In this document: positions 63,954 to 64,000 of the stretch, piece after piece | How positions within the stretch are numbered: position 1 is the first letter of the stretch | How the letters are laid out: the number at the start of each line of letters is the position of its first letter | Assembly: GCA_951406725.2 (NCBI GenBank) | Contig: OX597825.1 | Coordinates: 69,006,001-69,070,000, forward strand | DNA length: 64,000 bases | Direction of reading: 5' to 3' | Source of the DNA: Octopus vulgaris | Taxonomy: Eukaryota | The notes under the pieces: generated by a model | The model's input: the letters and a program-made list of their open reading frames with translations, nothing else | Told to the model about the DNA's origin: nothing | The model's database searches: none | Translations under genes and position numbers: made by a program

Positions 63954-64000
63954 TAAGAAACAGAGGAAAGTCCAACAGAAAAGGAAAACGGAGGAAAAAA

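Overview
This is an AT-rich, microsatellite-saturated eukaryotic intergenic or intronic window. The SINE repertoire and repeat content suggest an octopus/cephalopod genome (inference). No host protein-coding exon could be supported, and almost all short ORFs in the track are microsatellite or SINE artefacts. The main feature is a young, probably near-intact Penelope-like retroelement (PLE, Neptune-type RT plus C-terminal GIY-YIG; about 45051-50097). It has direct pseudo-LTRs, each carrying a minimal hammerhead-ribozyme-like motif, and it sits in the (TA)n linker of a SINE. The window also holds a decayed Naiad-type PLE with an inverted pLTR (about 38790-40935), an R4/Dong-type LINE next to (TAA)n, a TSD-flanked deleted RTE, Helitron pieces, many Tc1/mariner remnants, a MITE and dozens of tRNA-derived SINEs. 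The most notable signal is a set of about a dozen hammerhead-like motifs in several sequence families. These include recurrent non-canonical cores (A6->U; compensatory U3-A8), mostly in small non-coding fold-back inserts beside (TA)n tracts. One is a circularly permuted ~363-bp retrozyme-like unit, and another is a tRNA-headed SINE ending in a hammerhead. All alignments and folds were done by eye, so boundaries are approximate.
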